Source: a virus. From it: 42,720 nt of DNA. The stretch lies in IMG/VR virus record IMGVR_UViG_3300045988_047747, one strand, 5' to 3'. The position numbers and the translations under genes are program-made. Below are positions 30,679 to 38,347 of this stretch, in pieces (positions within the stretch are counted from its first letter, which is position 1; every line of letters begins with the position of its first letter). Under the pieces are notes generated by a model. It was not told the origin of the DNA. It did not search any database and was given only the letters and a program-made list of their open reading frames with translations.

Positions 30679-31533
30679 ATGGCATTTACTCGTCCCGGCG
30701 CACCCGCGCCTACTTCGTCTGTTTCCAACGCACAGTCTCTGGCAAACCGTTCCATTCAGAATGCCAACCGTGCAGGCAGCACCGCTATGCAGGCCGCATC
30801 CCCGTCCGTGCCGGTGGAGATCACCGGTGCTGACGGTCAGCACTTCACTGTGAGTTTTGGAGACGTGCGCGACTTCATCTGCCCCAAGGCCACCGATGCT
30901 GAATGCAAAATCTTTCTGGAAACCTGCAAGCAGTACCACCTGAACCCCTTCACCAAAGAAGCCTACCTGATCCACTACGATAACAAAAACGATGACACTG
31001 CCAGCACCATTGTGCTGGGCAAAAACTGCTATCTGCAGATGGCCGAGCGCAACCCCAACTTTGACGGCTTTGAAGCTGGCGTGATCGTCCTGACCGCAGA
31101 TGGCCAGCTGCTGAACCGTGAGGGATCTATCGTCTATGATGGAGACAGCGGCGAGACCCTTCTCGGCGGCTGGGCGAAGGTCTACCGTAAGGATCGCACC
31201 CGCGCCAGCTATGAGGAAGTCAAGCTCAGCGAGTATGACACCGGCAAATCTCTCTGGAACGGCAAAAGGGCCACCATGATCCGCAAGGTAGCGCTGGTGC
31301 ACGCCCTTCGTGAAGCGTTCCCGTCTACCTTTGGCGCTTTGTACGATGAGAGCGAGGTGCGTGTGGACGCTGAAAGCACCGCCCGCGAGGTGCCGCCCGA
31401 AGAGCTTCCGGTGCTGGATCCCTTCGCAGGCTCCCACCGCCACCGCAAGACGGCAGGCACGCTGATCCCCGCTCCGGAAGCGCCTGCGGAAGAGCCGCCC
31501 GCCGATGACCCGTTTGGCGGTGATGATGCATGA
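30679..31533 (+). CDS. recT: RecT-family single-strand annealing recombinase
   Basis: CKQYHLNPFTKEAYLI...GKNCYLQMAERNPNFDG...GKRATMIRKVALVHALREAFP matches RecT family patterns. Confidence 0.85.
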   Translation: MAFTRPGAPAPTSSVSNAQSLANRSIQNANRAGSTAMQAASPSVPVEITGADGQHFTVSFGDVRDFICPKATDAECKIFLETCKQYHLNPFTKEAYLIHYDNKNDDTASTIVLGKNCYLQMAERNPNFDGFEAGVIVLTADGQLLNREGSIVYDGDSGETLLGGWAKVYRKDRTRASYEEVKLSEYDTGKSLWNGKRATMIRKVALVHALREAFPSTFGALYDESEVRVDAESTAREVPPEELPVLDPFAGSHRHRKTAGTLIPAPEAPAEEPPADDPFGGDDA

Positions 31534-32060
31534 TCGTCCAGACCAAGAACGGCATCATGCTGCACGGTGAGATTGCCAAAGACCCGGTACTCCGGGACAT
31601 CGGGCAGAAGCGGGTGCTGAAGTTCGACCTGAAAGCCAGCCGCACACAGGACGAGACCGGAAAATGGCAGAGCTTTTTTGTAGGCGTGAACCTCTGGCAC
31701 GGCATCGACCAGTGGGACGGCATGCTGCAGAAAGGCGATCAGGTCACGGTTTTTGCCCAGAAGCTGAAAGAGCGGGAGTACAACGGCAAGACCTACTACG
31801 ATGTGGACGCGGATGATGTTCAGCCCGGTGGGCTTGTGACATTCCGTTGGCTGCAACAGATGATCGACCTGATGGCACACCCCGGTCCTCCGCCGGAACC
31901 TGCAGAACCGGCAGCAAACCCGGCAGATCTGCAGGGTGCGCAGATGTATCCCGATGAAACGCTTGCAGACTACGCGCCGCACAGCACCAGCGCTCCGGAA
32001 GCAGCCCCTTCTGCTGAGTATGACCCCATCAACGATGATGCCGACGACCTGCCGTTCTGA
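31530..32060 (+). CDS. ssb: Single-stranded DNA-binding protein
   Basis: OB-fold-like N-terminus, P/A-rich linker, acidic C-terminal tip DDADDLPF. Confidence 0.85.
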   Translation: MIVQTKNGIMLHGEIAKDPVLRDIGQKRVLKFDLKASRTQDETGKWQSFFVGVNLWHGIDQWDGMLQKGDQVTVFAQKLKEREYNGKTYYDVDADDVQPGGLVTFRWLQQMIDLMAHPGPPPEPAEPAANPADLQGAQMYPDETLADYAPHSTSAPEAAPSAEYDPINDDADDLPF

Positions 32061-32113
32061 CCTCGCAAGCTGTGCTATCCGGCTATACGGGCGGGCAAAG
32101 GAGGTGAAAGTAG

Positions 32114-32917
32114 TTGAAAGAGGAAGAACAGAAAAGCATAGTCATTTACAAATCATGGAAAAAGCCATTGCGGAAATTGTCTCTGGAGCAAAAAGGCAGG
32201 ATTTTTGACGCGCTGCTTGATTTCCCCGATCCGCCGAATTTTGAGGACGACCAGAAGCTCGAAATGGCGTGGGATTTTATGTCCGAGGCGGTGGAATCAA
32301 ATTCTAAAAAATGGAACGAAAAACGAGAAAAGAGAGCTGCCGCAGGGCGTAAAGGCGCAGAAGTTACAAACGGCAAGCGTCAGCAAAACGCGGCAAATCC
32401 GGCAAATGCCGACTTTGACGAGCAAAAACAGCAAAACGCGGCAAATCCGGCTGTAAATGTAAATGGTAATGGTAATGTAAATGGTAATGGTAATGTAAAT
32501 GGTAATGGTAATGTAAATGGTAATGGTATATCACCTAACGGTGGTGTATATAATAGCGCCGCACCCGCCGCCGTTGACGTAGAACTTTCCAAGATCGTCC
32601 AGCATTATCAGCAGGCCGTTGGGGACTTCCCGCGCTCTGCGCTGGACAAGCTGCAGAAGTGGAGGCAGGAGTACAGCACAGAGATGATCCTGCTGGCGAT
32701 TGACAAGGCCACAGAAGCCGGGAAGCGCTCATGGAACTACATCAACGGCATATTGTCCGGCTGGAAACGAGACGGGATACGCACCCCGGGGGACGTGGAA
32801 GCCAACGAACAAAGCCGACAAGCCAGACCGCGAGGAAAGCAGCCAACCGAGACCGTAGACGACCAGCTTGCCCGGGTGCTGGCAAAGATGGACAGAGAAA
32901 GAGGGTTTGAGACATGA
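32114..32917 (+). CDS. Replisome organiser with DnaD-type C-terminal domain
   Basis: GGAGGTG SD before TTG 32114. C-terminus YSTEMILLAIDKATEAGKRSWNYINGILSGWKRDGIRT is DnaD/DnaB_2-like. Repeat-encoded linker. Confidence 0.8.
   Translation: MKEEEQKSIVIYKSWKKPLRKLSLEQKGRIFDALLDFPDPPNFEDDQKLEMAWDFMSEAVESNSKKWNEKREKRAAAGRKGAEVTNGKRQQNAANPANADFDEQKQQNAANPAVNVNGNGNVNGNGNVNGNGNVNGNGISPNGGVYNSAAPAAVDVELSKIVQHYQQAVGDFPRSALDKLQKWRQEYSTEMILLAIDKATEAGKRSWNYINGILSGWKRDGIRTPGDVEANEQSRQARPRGKQPTETVDDQLARVLAKMDRERGFET
32381..32451 (+). repeat. Two perfect 23-bp direct repeats cagcaaaacgcggcaaatccggc (32381 and 32429)
   Basis: Hand-aligned. The copies lie 48 nt apart inside the replisome organiser gene. Confidence 0.85.
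32453..32530 (+). repeat. Tandem 18-bp repeat gtaaatggtaatggtaat, about 4.3 copies (hexamer substructure GGTAAT/GTAAAT)
   Basis: Units at 32459, 32477, 32495 and 32513. In frame, encoding VNGNGN repeats. Confidence 0.9.
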
Positions 32918-33483
32918 CACGGGAAGACGTGGCAAAACTGATTCGCATGAATTTTGTGCTGTACAAGCTGGGATCTAAGCCACTGACCGATGAGGAGATG
33001 CAGACCACCATCGATGTGTGGACGTACCAGTTTGGCGACTATGACGGCGATACTGTCAAGCGGGCTTTTCTGGCGGCGAACCGGGTATGCGTTTATCCGG
33101 TCACGGTTGCCGACATCTTCAAGCAGCTTTCCCAGTGTCTTGACCCGTCCGCTGAATGGGAAGCTCTGGCTGTAGCGGCACGCAAGGCACAGACATTTTT
33201 GAGCTGGCGCAAGTTCCCGATGGTGACCGGCATTGACGAAAAGGGCGGGCTGCTGCGTAGCGACGGGCAGAAAGAGCTGAAAGCCCTGTATGACCAACTT
33301 CCCCCGGCAGCAAAATCCTATGCCGGGAGCGTGGGAGGGCTTGCAGAGCTGGCTGAAATGCCAGACCTTACATACCGCCGTGCCGAGTTTTTGAAGCAGG
33401 CGCAGGCAGATATCACCACCGCCCCGCGTGAAGCTGCAAGGCTGCGGGCGAGCGAGCCGACAAGAAAGGAGATTGAAAAATGA
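32914..33483 (+). CDS. Replication-module protein, possibly G39P-like helicase-loader N-domain
   Basis: ATGA coupling to the DnaD gene. Call rests on a weak motif recollection only. Confidence 0.35.
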   Translation: MTREDVAKLIRMNFVLYKLGSKPLTDEEMQTTIDVWTYQFGDYDGDTVKRAFLAANRVCVYPVTVADIFKQLSQCLDPSAEWEALAVAARKAQTFLSWRKFPMVTGIDEKGGLLRSDGQKELKALYDQLPPAAKSYAGSVGGLAELAEMPDLTYRRAEFLKQAQADITTAPREAARLRASEPTRKEIEK

Positions 33484-33950
33484 GCGATAAAAGATTGATT
33501 GACGCGAACGCTTTGCACAAGCGCATTGAAATGAACCTTCGTGCAAGCAATCCGTTCACTATTGAAGAATGCTGCTATAAGGATGCCCTGAACAGCGTGG
33601 ACGAGGCTCCAACCATCGACCCGGAAACACTGCGGCCGACATGGCGCAACCCTGAAACGGACCCGCCGAAAGTCGAAGAAGATGTGCTGATTCTGTTTGA
33701 AACCGCCTGCGGTGGATATGGGATTACGACGGCTAACTACGAAGATGGCACAGTCTTGTCCCAAAAGAGCGCTTTCTACTGGGAAGAAATTTCCGAGTGG
33801 GGAACCTACGATAAAGAAAGCGATGATTACTTTATTCCTAAAGGCTGGTGGGAATATCGTTATTTCAACCAGGATGACATTTACAATAACCGTGTAGATG
33901 CTCACGTGGTTGGCTGGATGCCGCTGCCGCCGAAGGAGATTACAAAATGA
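33480..33950 (+). CDS. DUF551-like protein
   Basis: WRNPETDPPKVEEDVLILF...VVGWMPLPPKE pattern. Confidence 0.55.
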   Translation: MSDKRLIDANALHKRIEMNLRASNPFTIEECCYKDALNSVDEAPTIDPETLRPTWRNPETDPPKVEEDVLILFETACGGYGITTANYEDGTVLSQKSAFYWEEISEWGTYDKESDDYFIPKGWWEYRYFNQDDIYNNRVDAHVVGWMPLPPKEITK

Positions 33951-34450
33951 GCGAATTTATCGACCGCGAAAAAGCCATCGCAAACATCAAAGCGGCATAT
34001 TGCTGTGGCTGCGAAAATTACAACGGCGTAAGATGCCGCGCGTGTCAGATCATGGACGCGATGGATGTGCTGGAAGACGAGCCGGCAGTCGTTCCGGATG
34101 TCCAGCGCTGGCGCAAGACGGCAGAAGAGCCGCCGACTGAGGCTGATGCAAATGAAGACGGCGACGTCCTGAGCATCAACAACAACCCCAGCGACGGCTT
34201 CATAACAAATTGGCCGTGGAACATGGTGGCGGCTTTCCCGGAAAACCTCACGGTCTGGATGCCCATGCCTAAACGGCCGGGCGAACGTCCCAAAAAGCTT
34301 TATTGGCGTGAAGAAACAATCAATGAGATTTGCCCCGTTTGCGGGTATGAATGCAACGATGATTATTACCTCGATAAATATTGTCCCGGATGCGGAACAC
34401 GCCTTTGGTTTAACGAGGAGGAAGCCGAACATGACCAACCCGACATGTAA
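33947..34450 (+). CDS. DUF551-like protein with C-terminal zinc ribbon
   Basis: VQRWRKTAEEPP...TVWMPMPKRP plus CPVCGYEC...CPGCG. Confidence 0.55.
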   Translation: MSEFIDREKAIANIKAAYCCGCENYNGVRCRACQIMDAMDVLEDEPAVVPDVQRWRKTAEEPPTEADANEDGDVLSINNNPSDGFITNWPWNMVAAFPENLTVWMPMPKRPGERPKKLYWREETINEICPVCGYECNDDYYLDKYCPGCGTRLWFNEEEAEHDQPDM

Positions 34451-34619
34451 AGACTGCCCCGACCGGCACCCGATCTGTCACGACAGCTGCCCACGGTACG
34501 CCGAGTACAAGCGTCAGTTGAAAGCGCAGCGCATCTACACCAACGGGGCCCACGCGGCGGAGCGGATCAGCCGCAACGATTTCGACAAAGAAGGATGGAT
34601 GGGAGGAAGAAAACGGTGA
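34431..34619 (+). CDS. Small Cys-rich protein (62 aa)
   Basis: CKDCPDRHPICHDSCPRY. GAGGAAG SD. Confidence 0.55.
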   Translation: MTNPTCKDCPDRHPICHDSCPRYAEYKRQLKAQRIYTNGAHAAERISRNDFDKEGWMGGRKR

Positions 34620-35311
34620 AAGTTCTGATTGCCTGCGAGGAATCGCAGGAAGTATGCAAGGCTTTCCGGGCTCGGGGACACGAAGCCTACTCCTGCGACA
34701 TTCAGGAGCCGTCCGGCGGGCATCCAGAGTGGCACATCCTGGGCGATGCGCTCAAGGCTATTAAGGGGGGGCAGGTCGTGACCATGGACGGCGTAACGCA
34801 TGACGTTGGCAAGTGGGACTTGCTCATTGCACACCCGCCGTGCACTTATCTTTCCAACGCGGCGACAAGAGCGTACAGTTTGCGAGTAACGCCAGCTGAA
34901 AAAGTTGTAGCGCGATGGGCAAAGCGCGTGGAAGCTGCAATTTTCTTTATGCAATTCATGTTGGCAGACGTTCCGCACATTGCGGTGGAAAATCCAGTGG
35001 GTATCATGAACACTGCATACAGAAAAGCTGACCAGATCATTCACCCGTACTATTTCGCAGAGAATGAATCTGACGAGGAAAATTATCACACGAAGCGCAC
35101 TTGCCTTTGGCTGAAAAACTTGCCGCCTCTGGAACGGAAAAACAACTTTTCACCACCAGAGCCCGTGTACGTCTCAACTGGGAAAAATCCCAAGAAAATT
35201 AGCTGGTGCGAAGGCATACGCAACACGCACAACGGCCAAGAGGGCCGGGCAAAAGCCAGAAGCAAAACCGCGCCGGGCGTTGCAAAAGCAATGGCCGAAC
35301 AATGGGGGTAA
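34616..35311 (+). CDS. DNA (cytosine-5) methyltransferase-like protein with atypical motif I
   Basis: AHPPCTYLS (PC motif) and IAVENPVG (ENV motif). N-terminus VLIACEESQEV replaces FxGxG. GGGAGGA SD before GTG 34616. Confidence 0.55.
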   Translation: MKVLIACEESQEVCKAFRARGHEAYSCDIQEPSGGHPEWHILGDALKAIKGGQVVTMDGVTHDVGKWDLLIAHPPCTYLSNAATRAYSLRVTPAEKVVARWAKRVEAAIFFMQFMLADVPHIAVENPVGIMNTAYRKADQIIHPYYFAENESDEENYHTKRTCLWLKNLPPLERKNNFSPPEPVYVSTGKNPKKISWCEGIRNTHNGQEGRAKARSKTAPGVAKAMAEQWG

Positions 35312-35314
35312 AAA

Positions 35315-35554
35315 ATGAAAACGGTACAGACGGCACAGACGAAGAAGTACAAGCCCGGACAGTATATCGTTTCGCTCGATCATCTGATGGAGCAGGAACT
35401 TGTTTATTACGGCGGGAAACTGCTCTACAAGGGATGGTTTGGCAACTGGCAACTGTGGTATGCGAAAACTGAGCTTGCCAGACTGCGCATTCGGGAAGCT
35501 GTGAGAACGGAGGAAGAACATGAAACCGAAAACGAAATCCGAGCTGATGACTGA
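35315..35554 (+). CDS. Hypothetical protein (79 aa)
   Basis: ORF with an ATG after a G-rich stretch. Confidence 0.55.
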   Translation: MKTVQTAQTKKYKPGQYIVSLDHLMEQELVYYGGKLLYKGWFGNWQLWYAKTELARLRIREAVRTEEEHETENEIRADD

Positions 35555-36008
35555 ATGGGCAAACCAGCCGGATCAGCTCAAGAAAGAGCGGGAAGTCAAG
35601 GCCATCCGTAAGGCGATGGACGATGCCCGCGCCGTGCTGCAGGACGGTCTGACCCGGTACGTCAAGAAAAAGACCAAATCCCGCAGCATGGCAAAGGCTG
35701 AAGCTGACCCTTTTGCTGAGCTGGAAGGCTGGGAAAGCATGGAGCAGATCCAGGATGCCTACGGCTATGGCGAGATCGCCGCTGACAGGCGGGACAAACT
35801 CAACGACCTGTGGGAAGCCCGGGAAGCTGCCAAGAACAGCCGCAAGGGCGCAGACAAGTACCACGACCTTGTGACGGAGATGCTGGAAACGGCCATCCGC
35901 CGGGTGGGCAATGAGTACGCAGATATGCTGTTTGAGTATGACCAGCAGCGCAGAGAAGCTGAAAAGCAGTGCGAGCAGCTGGCAATGGATGGGATGATGA
36001 AAAAATGA
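35520..36008 (+). CDS. Hypothetical helical protein (162 aa)
   Basis: GGAGGAAG SD. Overlaps the previous ORF by 35 nt. Confidence 0.6.
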   Translation: MKPKTKSELMTEWANQPDQLKKEREVKAIRKAMDDARAVLQDGLTRYVKKKTKSRSMAKAEADPFAELEGWESMEQIQDAYGYGEIAADRRDKLNDLWEAREAAKNSRKGADKYHDLVTEMLETAIRRVGNEYADMLFEYDQQRREAEKQCEQLAMDGMMKK

Positions 36009-36523
36009 AAGCTATCTTGATGAGCATCCGGCCTGAATGGTGCGACCTCATCATTCGGGGGCAAAAGACCCTTGAGGTGCGCAGAACAAAGCCTGGGAAT
36101 CTAAAGACTCCATTCAAGTGCTATGTCTATTGCACGAAAAGCAAATCCAAAATAGGCTGGCTTCTAATTGTCCCGGGCAAAGGATGGAAGCGGTTGGATG
36201 GCAATATCATTGGCGAGTTTACATGCGACGGCATCCGACGCATTGGCCCTGAATACTGTGTGGTCAAAGAAGATATCGAATCTGCGATTGCTGGAAGCTG
36301 CCTCAGTATCAAGCAGGTGAAGAAATACGCCGGCTGGGATATCGGTATGAACTATTCCGACATGAAAGACCTGTATGGCTGGCACATTTCCGACCTAAAA
36401 ATTTACGACCGCCCACGACCGTTAAGTGCTTTCGCAAGACTACGGGCAACAAAATTTGGCTATGAGCCTGTAGATATTGAGCGACCACCGCAATCCTGGT
36501 TTTATGTGGAGGACGGGAGATGA
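36005..36523 (+). CDS. ASCH (PUA-like) domain protein
   Basis: MKAILMSIRPEWCDLIIRGQKTLEVRR is the typical ASCH N-terminus. Confidence 0.7.
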   Translation: MKAILMSIRPEWCDLIIRGQKTLEVRRTKPGNLKTPFKCYVYCTKSKSKIGWLLIVPGKGWKRLDGNIIGEFTCDGIRRIGPEYCVVKEDIESAIAGSCLSIKQVKKYAGWDIGMNYSDMKDLYGWHISDLKIYDRPRPLSAFARLRATKFGYEPVDIERPPQSWFYVEDGR

Positions 36524-36900
36524 AGCTGACCCTCTACGGCGACCCCCGCACCAAGAAAAACTCTGCCCGCATCCTCAGAAGCCGCTCAGGTGGGCGCTTT
36601 GTGGCCCCTAGCAAGGCCTACGTGGATTATGAGACGGACTGCCTGCGGCAAATCAAAAAGCCGCGCAGCCCTATCTCTGCCCGCGTGAACGTGAGGTGCG
36701 TGTACTACATGAAAACCGCCCGCCGGGTCGATCTGGCAAACCTCATCGAGGCGACCACGGACATTCTGGTAAAAGCCCGCGTGCTGGAGGACGACAACAG
36801 CAAGATCGTCGCCGCCCACGATGGCAGCCGGGTGGAGCTTGATCGAAAACAGCCACGGGTGGAAATTGAGATCGAAGAAATGGAGGACGAAAATGGCTGA
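36520..36900 (+). CDS. rusA: RusA-family Holliday junction resolvase
   Basis: LYGDPRTKKNS...DLANLIEATTDILVKARVLEDDN matches the RusA pattern. Confidence 0.8.
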   Translation: MKLTLYGDPRTKKNSARILRSRSGGRFVAPSKAYVDYETDCLRQIKKPRSPISARVNVRCVYYMKTARRVDLANLIEATTDILVKARVLEDDNSKIVAAHDGSRVELDRKQPRVEIEIEEMEDENG

Positions 36901-37171
36901 ATACCATGTTGGATGTGGGATGTTTGGAAACATCTATGCAGGAACGATGGCACCGCCTCGAAAAGATGGCTTGAAGATGTGGCGCAACAAGTCAGATGTG
37001 ACCGATGAAGCGATTACGGCGGTCATGGGGCATTTCATCACGGAAATGATGCGTGACAACAAGACCGAAATTCAAAAGGCGTGGGAAGTCCGTGGTAGCA
37101 AAACGCTGAAAGTCACTTTTGAGATTTTCGATGGAAAGGAGGAAAACAATGACCCGCACATGGACACCTGA
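36893..37171 (+). CDS. Hypothetical protein (92 aa)
   Basis: GGAGGA SD. MAEYHVGCGMFGNIYAGT. Confidence 0.6.
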   Translation: MAEYHVGCGMFGNIYAGTMAPPRKDGLKMWRNKSDVTDEAITAVMGHFITEMMRDNKTEIQKAWEVRGSKTLKVTFEIFDGKEENNDPHMDT

Positions 37172-37604
37172 CACTGACACCCAGAAGCCGGACAAAACCG
37201 ATTACCGCATTGTTAAGGCGTGGCTGAACCGCTACCGCGAAGCAGAGAAAAGATACTACTTGCTGTCTGACCGTCTGGCCGAAGCGCAGGAGGCCACCCG
37301 GCACATTACCCAGAGCCTCAGCGCGGCCCCCGGCGGCAGCAAAGATGGACAGAGCCTTGCCCGGGCGGTTGAACGCGAGGAGGAAGCGGAGCGCCGCGCT
37401 TATGAGCAAAGAGCGGTCTGTGACAGGCTGTTCCTTGAGATTAGAAACGCACTCGCCCAGATCCAGAACGAAAAAGCATACACGGTGCTGTACAAGTACT
37501 ATCTCGATTGCCTCACGTGGGACAGGGTCGCAAAAGATATGAATTACTCTCTGCGCATGGTCTATGTCTTGCGGCGCAAAGCAATGGAGGAGCTGAGCCT
37601 TTAA
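37149..37604 (+). CDS. Late-gene transcriptional activator candidate (sigma-70 region-4 / RinA-ArpU-like)
   Basis: C-terminus YTVLYKYYLDCLTWDRVAKDMNYSLRMVYVLRRKAMEEL. Last gene before the packaging module. Confidence 0.6.
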   Translation: MTRTWTPDTDTQKPDKTDYRIVKAWLNRYREAEKRYYLLSDRLAEAQEATRHITQSLSAAPGGSKDGQSLARAVEREEEAERRAYEQRAVCDRLFLEIRNALAQIQNEKAYTVLYKYYLDCLTWDRVAKDMNYSLRMVYVLRRKAMEELSL

Positions 37605-37625
37605 AAACATTGCACTGTCATTACA

Positions 37626-37655
37626 TTGCGGTTTCACTATTACATGGTGTAAAAT
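37626..37655 (+). promoter_or_regulatory. Candidate promoter TTGCGG-18-TAAAAT upstream of the tRNA-like cluster
   Basis: Weak match by eye. Confidence 0.3.
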
Positions 37656-37788
37656 TGTATCATCGGAAAAGCCAAAAGGCAAACCGATGCACGCAGCCTC
37701 CGAAACGTGTTCCTTCTTAGCATTTTCCTCCTTTTCTGTTTGCAGGTACCGGGCTTTGCTCTCTTCACGTTTCGCGGGCTGCTTCTAT

Positions 37789-37861
37789 GCGATACACTGA
37801 AACAAAGGCAGCCTGCCGCTCATGAGAGACAGGAGGCGGTTCGATTCCGCCGTATCGCACC
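37789..37861 (+). ncRNA. tRNA-like element 1 (perfect acceptor and T arms, no canonical anticodon arm)
   Basis: gcgatac/gtatcgc acceptor. ggcgg ttcgatt ccgcc T arm. Middle cctgcc-gctcatgaga-gacagg has a 10-nt loop. 3' end is ACC-G. Confidence 0.5.
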
Positions 37862-37977
37862 GTATGGCGCATGGACTAGACAACCCGCAAGGCCGCACGT
37901 GCAACCTCCCGTGCCAAGAAAAGGCCTTAGAATCCTTGCCAAGGTGTAGCTTTCCTGACAGGATGTGCGCCAACCAA

Positions 37978-38007
37978 CAGCCCCGGCGGCGAACCGGAGC
38001 TGTTTTT
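37978..38007 (+). terminator. Intrinsic terminator between the tRNA-like elements
   Basis: cagccccgg / ccggagctg 9-bp stem (one mismatch), 7-nt loop, then TTTTT. Confidence 0.6.
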
Positions 38008-38011
38008 ATAT

Positions 38012-38079
38012 GCCGCCTGAGCGCAGTTTGGAGCGCGGCGCGTGTGTGTAGACACGGCTGGTTCGATTCCAAGGGCGGC
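38012..38079 (+). ncRNA. tRNA-like element 2 (good acceptor and D arms, 6-nt anticodon loop, degenerate T stem)
   Basis: gccgcct/gggcggc acceptor. gcgc..gcgc D arm. cgtgt gtgtag acacg. T loop ttcgatt with a 3-bp stem. Followed by TTTTT instead of CCA. Confidence 0.4.
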
Positions 38080-38084
38080 TTTTT

Positions 38085-38160
38085 ACTCTGGTAGCTCAAT
38101 TGGCAGAGCGATGGTCTCCAAAACCGTAGGTTGCAGGTTCAAGGCCTGCCCAGAGCGCCA
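38085..38160 (+). tRNA. tRNA-Trp, anticodon CCA, CCA encoded
   Basis: Hand fold gives 76 nt: D arm gctc..gagc, anticodon arm atggt ctccaaa accgt, T arm gcagg ttcaagg cctgc. A1-C72 mismatch in the acceptor. Confidence 0.85.
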
Positions 38161-38299
38161 TGCAATGTACAGTCGGGGGACGGCTGTGCAAAGCATAGCG
38201 GGGCATCTGGCCGCGAAAGTTCCAGATGCAGCAGCACCCACCGTTTGACGCATGTCCAACGAACTGAATGCACGGGCGCTGCTTATTTTGATATTTTGA

Positions 38300-38329
38300 C
38301 CGTTCGGATTTCCGGGCGGTTTTTCTTTT
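38300..38329 (+). terminator. Intrinsic terminator ending the tRNA cluster
   Basis: ccgttcgg attt ccgggcgg (8 bp, two G-U), then TTTTTCTTTT. Confidence 0.7.
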
Positions 38330-38347
38330 GCACGGGAGGAGAATAAC

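Noticed and set aside
32453-32530. Possible mini CRISPR array (regular short repeats).
   Set aside because: The repeats are contiguous with no spacers, the unit is 18 bp built from hexamers, they are in frame within a CDS, and no cas genes are present.
37789-37861. Functional tRNA-Met/Ile (CAT) gene.
   Set aside because: No 5-bp anticodon stem with a 7-nt loop can be drawn around CAT. The D stem has only 3 bp and the 3' end is ACCG. It is kept only as a tRNA-like element.
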